A DNA stretch of 60,110 nucleotides from Bacteroidota bacterium (GTDB taxonomy: Bacteria; Bacteroidota; Bacteroidia; UKL13-3), in contig JAWXAU010000163.1 in NCBI GenBank assembly GCA_034439655.1, positions 1-60,110 on the forward strand, written 5' to 3'. The translations under genes were made by a program, and so were the position numbers. A model generated the notes under the pieces. It was not told where the DNA came from. It did no database searches and saw only the letters and a list, made by a program, of their open reading frames with translations. Below are positions 57,203 through 60,110 of the stretch, one piece after another; the first letter of the stretch is position 1, and each line of letters begins with the position of its first letter.

Positions 57203-58503
57203 TGGGGAGTTTGGTAGCAATTGTAGGAAGGCCTAATGTTGGTAAATCAACACTGTTCAACAGGCTTGTTGGGCAAAGAAAAGCCATCGTGGACGATGTG
57301 AGCGGCGTAACTCGCGATCGCCACTACGCAGAAGCAGAATGGCTTGATAAAGAATTTATTGTAATAGATACAGGCGGATATGTAAAACAAAGCAATGATG
57401 TATTTGAAACTTCGATAAGAGAACAGGTGAAAATTGCTATTTCAGAAGCGGATGTGCTGCTTTTTATGGTGGATATAACCTGTGGTGTCACCGACCTCGA
57501 TGCAGAATTTGCAGACCTGCTTCGCCGCAGCAGCAAAAAAGTGTTGGTAGTGGCAAACAAATTGGACAATTATGAACGCCTTGCTGATGTAGCTGAATTT
57601 TATTCGTTGGGCTTTGAACACATTTTCCCTATTTCATCAATGACAGGTAGTGGAACCGGGGAACTTTTGGATGAAGTAGCCAAGCATTTAAACAATCCAG
57701 AAGAAGATTTAACCGACCTTCCCAAAATAGCTATTATAGGGCGGCCCAATGTGGGGAAATCATCCCTTACCAATGCTTTGCTAGGAGTTGAGAGAAACAT
57801 TGTGACGGATATTCCAGGCACAACGCGAGACAGTATTCATACCCACTACAAAGCTTTCGGACACGAATTTTTGTTAGTAGATACAGCAGGTATTCGAAAA
57901 AAATCGGCTACCATGGACAATATAGAGTTTTACTCTGTGATGAGGAGCATAAAAGCAATTGAGGAAGCCGATGTCGTAATGTTAATGATTGATGCTACAG
58001 AAGGGTTCCAGAGCCAGGATCAGGCTTTATTTCATCTAGCAGAAAAAAACGGAAAAGGTATCGTGATTTTAGTGAACAAATGGGATTTAATGAACAAAGA
58101 TACTAATTCATCTAAGGAATTTGCCAAGCATATTGAAGAGAAGATAGCACCCTTCACCGATGTACCCGTTTTATTTATATCAGCTAAGGAGAAACAGCGA
58201 ATTTTGAAGGCGATTGAAATGGCTGTAGCGGTATATCAGCGTAAAAATGTATCAATACCTACGCATGCTCTTAATGAGTTCCTATTGGAAGTAGTGCAAC
58301 AAACACCTCCGCCGTCTTTGAAAGGAAAATTTGTTAAGATTAAATATGTAACACAATTAAAGAGTAAACCACAGCAATTTTTGTTGTTTTGCAACCTTCC
58401 GCAGTATGTAAAAGACCCCTATAAACGGTTTATCGAGAACCGGCTTAGGGAGAAGTATAATTACACTGGAGTGCCGCTTAAAATCTATTTCAGAAAAAAA
58501 TGA
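57202..58503 (+). CDS. der: Ribosome biogenesis GTPase Der
   Basis: Two GTPase domains (GRPNVGKS twice, DTGG/DTAG, NKLD/NKWD) and a KH-like C-terminus. Confidence 0.98.
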   Translation: MGSLVAIVGRPNVGKSTLFNRLVGQRKAIVDDVSGVTRDRHYAEAEWLDKEFIVIDTGGYVKQSNDVFETSIREQVKIAISEADVLLFMVDITCGVTDLDAEFADLLRRSSKKVLVVANKLDNYERLADVAEFYSLGFEHIFPISSMTGSGTGELLDEVAKHLNNPEEDLTDLPKIAIIGRPNVGKSSLTNALLGVERNIVTDIPGTTRDSIHTHYKAFGHEFLLVDTAGIRKKSATMDNIEFYSVMRSIKAIEEADVVMLMIDATEGFQSQDQALFHLAEKNGKGIVILVNKWDLMNKDTNSSKEFAKHIEEKIAPFTDVPVLFISAKEKQRILKAIEMAVAVYQRKNVSIPTHALNEFLLEVVQQTPPPSLKGKFVKIKYVTQLKSKPQQFLLFCNLPQYVKDPYKRFIENRLREKYNYTGVPLKIYFRKK

Positions 58504-58511
58504 TTTTTTTT

Positions 58512-58542
58512 TTTGCAAATGAAGATTCAGTTAATACCTTTG
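58512..58542 (+). promoter_or_regulatory. Consensus promoter of the small lipoprotein gene
   Basis: TTTG-N19-TACCTTTG. Confidence 0.75.
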
Positions 58543-58584
58543 CAGCGATTTATAAATTAATTAATTAATTCAAAAAAAAACAAC

Positions 58585-58833
58585 ATGAAAAAATTATTAT
58601 CAGTACTGATGGTTGCCTCTATGGTATCCTTTGTTGCTTGCAAAGGCGGCAAAAAAAATGACGACCAAGCTAAGCATGATGCAGATTCAATCGAAACTGC
58701 CCGTGTACAAGATTCAATCAAGAATGCAATGGCTACAGATACTATTGCCAAACACGAAGAAGTAAAAGACAGCTTGAAAAACGAAGTTAAGAAAGAAGAC
58801 AAAAAGATTGACGAAATGAAGAAAGAGAAGTAA
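58585..58833 (+). CDS. Small charged lipoprotein
   Basis: MKKLL..SFVAC lipobox; has its own promoter and terminator. Confidence 0.85.
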   Translation: MKKLLSVLMVASMVSFVACKGGKKNDDQAKHDADSIETARVQDSIKNAMATDTIAKHEEVKDSLKNEVKKEDKKIDEMKKEK

Positions 58834-58850
58834 TAAGCTTTTTTTTCAAA

Positions 58851-58891
58851 AAATAAAAAAGGCAGCCCAAATCGGGTTGCCTTTTTTATTT
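58851..58891. terminator. Bidirectional intrinsic terminator
   Basis: AAATAAAAAAGGCAGCCC-AAATC-GGGTTGCCTTTTTTATTT between convergent genes. Confidence 0.9.
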
Positions 58892-58945
58892 ATCCGTATT
58901 TCATTGGGGCTGCATCGTTAATGAATCCTAGGTATCATGCTGAAT

Positions 58946-59950
58946 TCACCTCATCCCCCAACTCAACCCAATTCTGTGGATGTTTCCCAATCGGGTTTTA
59001 TTGCAAAACCCATAGTCTATACTTAAAGTACCTGCACGTTTCTGCAATTTCAAGCCCACACCAGCCGACGGAAGTCCGCCCTCATCTATACCAAACTCAT
59101 AACCTGTTCTCAAGAATAAGAGTTTATGCCAAGCATATTCTGCCCCCAATGAAAATGTTTCATTATTATCGCTATAATGATTGAGTTGTGTGGTGCCCAC
59201 TAAGCTTTGGCTATTGCCACGCCAAGCGTCCATAGCAAATCCCAAACGAAAAACCGCTGGTACCGATACACGCTGAAAGTCTGTTATATCTGACTGACCA
59301 TTAAATTTAAGTACTTCCATGTGCCCATTGGGTTTCACATTGGCTCCAAAATTATTGAGGGTAACAGCAAATCTTGCGTTGCGAATATCAAGGTCGTAAC
59401 GTAGTCCAAAATCGAACAATACATTATTAACGGCCACTCCTGCTAATCCTTCGTGTGCCCATTTAATATTGAGACCAAATGAGAAAAAGTTTGTGAGTAT
59501 GCGGGCATAGCTGCCGGCCATCGTCCAACTGTTCATATTAAAGGTACGACCTGTGCCAAAGGGCTGAAACTCGGTGGTTTCGGTCATACTTCCATAGTCA
59601 TTATAGGCTAGGCTTAACCCTAGTTTGGTATACATACCTTTATTAAACACAGCAGAAAACCAATGCTGATTAGTATTTGCAAAATAACGTGTGGTAGAGA
59701 TTTGCAAATTGAATTTGCCTGTATCTCCTTTCACCAACCCCGCTGGATTCCAATATGCTGCTGATGGATCGTTGGCTATTGCTGTTACCGCCCCACCCAA
59801 AGAACCTGCCCTTGCATCGGGACACACTTTAAGAAATTGCATTCCCGAAGTACCTGAACGGCTATTGCCAAAGGTAGGTAATACTTGAGCAAACGCATCT
59901 GACAAAGCAATTGCAAAGAATAAAAAAAATAATAGGTTCTTATTTTTCAA
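58946..59950 (-). CDS. PorV/PorQ-family T9SS-associated beta-barrel
   Basis: GMQFLKVCPDARAGSLG, NDPSAAYWNPAGL, FLRTGY, IDYGF...LGNIHRIGL. Confidence 0.85.
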   Translation of the reverse strand: MKNKNLLFFLFFAIALSDAFAQVLPTFGNSRSGTSGMQFLKVCPDARAGSLGGAVTAIANDPSAAYWNPAGLVKGDTGKFNLQISTTRYFANTNQHWFSAVFNKGMYTKLGLSLAYNDYGSMTETTEFQPFGTGRTFNMNSWTMAGSYARILTNFFSFGLNIKWAHEGLAGVAVNNVLFDFGLRYDLDIRNARFAVTLNNFGANVKPNGHMEVLKFNGQSDITDFQRVSVPAVFRLGFAMDAWRGNSQSLVGTTQLNHYSDNNETFSLGAEYAWHKLLFLRTGYEFGIDEGGLPSAGVGLKLQKRAGTLSIDYGFCNKTRLGNIHRIGLSWGMR

Positions 59951-60110
59951 GGGTTCAAAGTTATTGCATAATGAGCTTTTGACAAATGATATTACCGTTA
60001 TCTTTTAGTTTTATTATACCGAAACTCAATAGACCTCTTTCATAATTCAAATAAGAAAAGCCAAATTATAACGGACACTTTATTTTATTGTAGTATCGCT
60101 CGCCGCGAAC

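Noticed and set aside
58504-58514. T11 homopolymer as a phase-variation switch
   Set aside because: It ends in the -33 TTTG, so length change would not alter promoter spacing or any reading frame.
1-60110. Numerous 60-250 aa antisense or overlapping ORFs in the track (e.g. 31634-32398, 15242-15730)
   Set aside because: They are shadows of well-supported genes on the other strand or frame and lack motifs.
1-60110. tRNA, rRNA, tmRNA, RNase P, transposase, integrase or defence genes
   Set aside because: No diagnostic motifs found by eye (GTTCGAATCC-like hits fall inside CDSs); a covariance-model search was not possible.

Overview
AT-rich chromosomal window from a Bacteroidota bacterium. Evidence: T9SS C-terminal domains, TTTG-N19-21-TAnnTTTG promoters, FtsZ ending FLHDNVD, and the Bacteroidota dcw gene order. 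Core content: the dcw cluster (mraZ to ftsZ), murB, mltG, accD/BCCP, dnaB, Nif3 plus zinc-ribbon gene, kup, der, LemA-TPM-TPM, a YeeE/YedE pair, an ECF sigma/anti-sigma/beta-barrel trio, three T9SS cargo proteins and a PorV-like gene. I recognised no tRNA, rRNA, CRISPR array, transposase or integrase. The most striking unexplained structure is non-coding. Degenerate heptamer tracts sit at gene ends and carry 14-20 bp GC-rich palindromes that nest in each other, in REP-like elements and in one CDS. Inverted heptamer tracts also bracket a decaying four-helix-bundle gene inserted between ftsL and ftsI. Other highlights: a duplicated murB 3' end differing mostly at synonymous sites, a DnaA-box cluster beside dnaB, a probably inactive M48 peptidase homolog, a heptaheme-TPR lipoprotein, and an orphan operon of a 16-Cys secreted protein plus partner. 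All family assignments come from motif recognition by eye; no database search was run.
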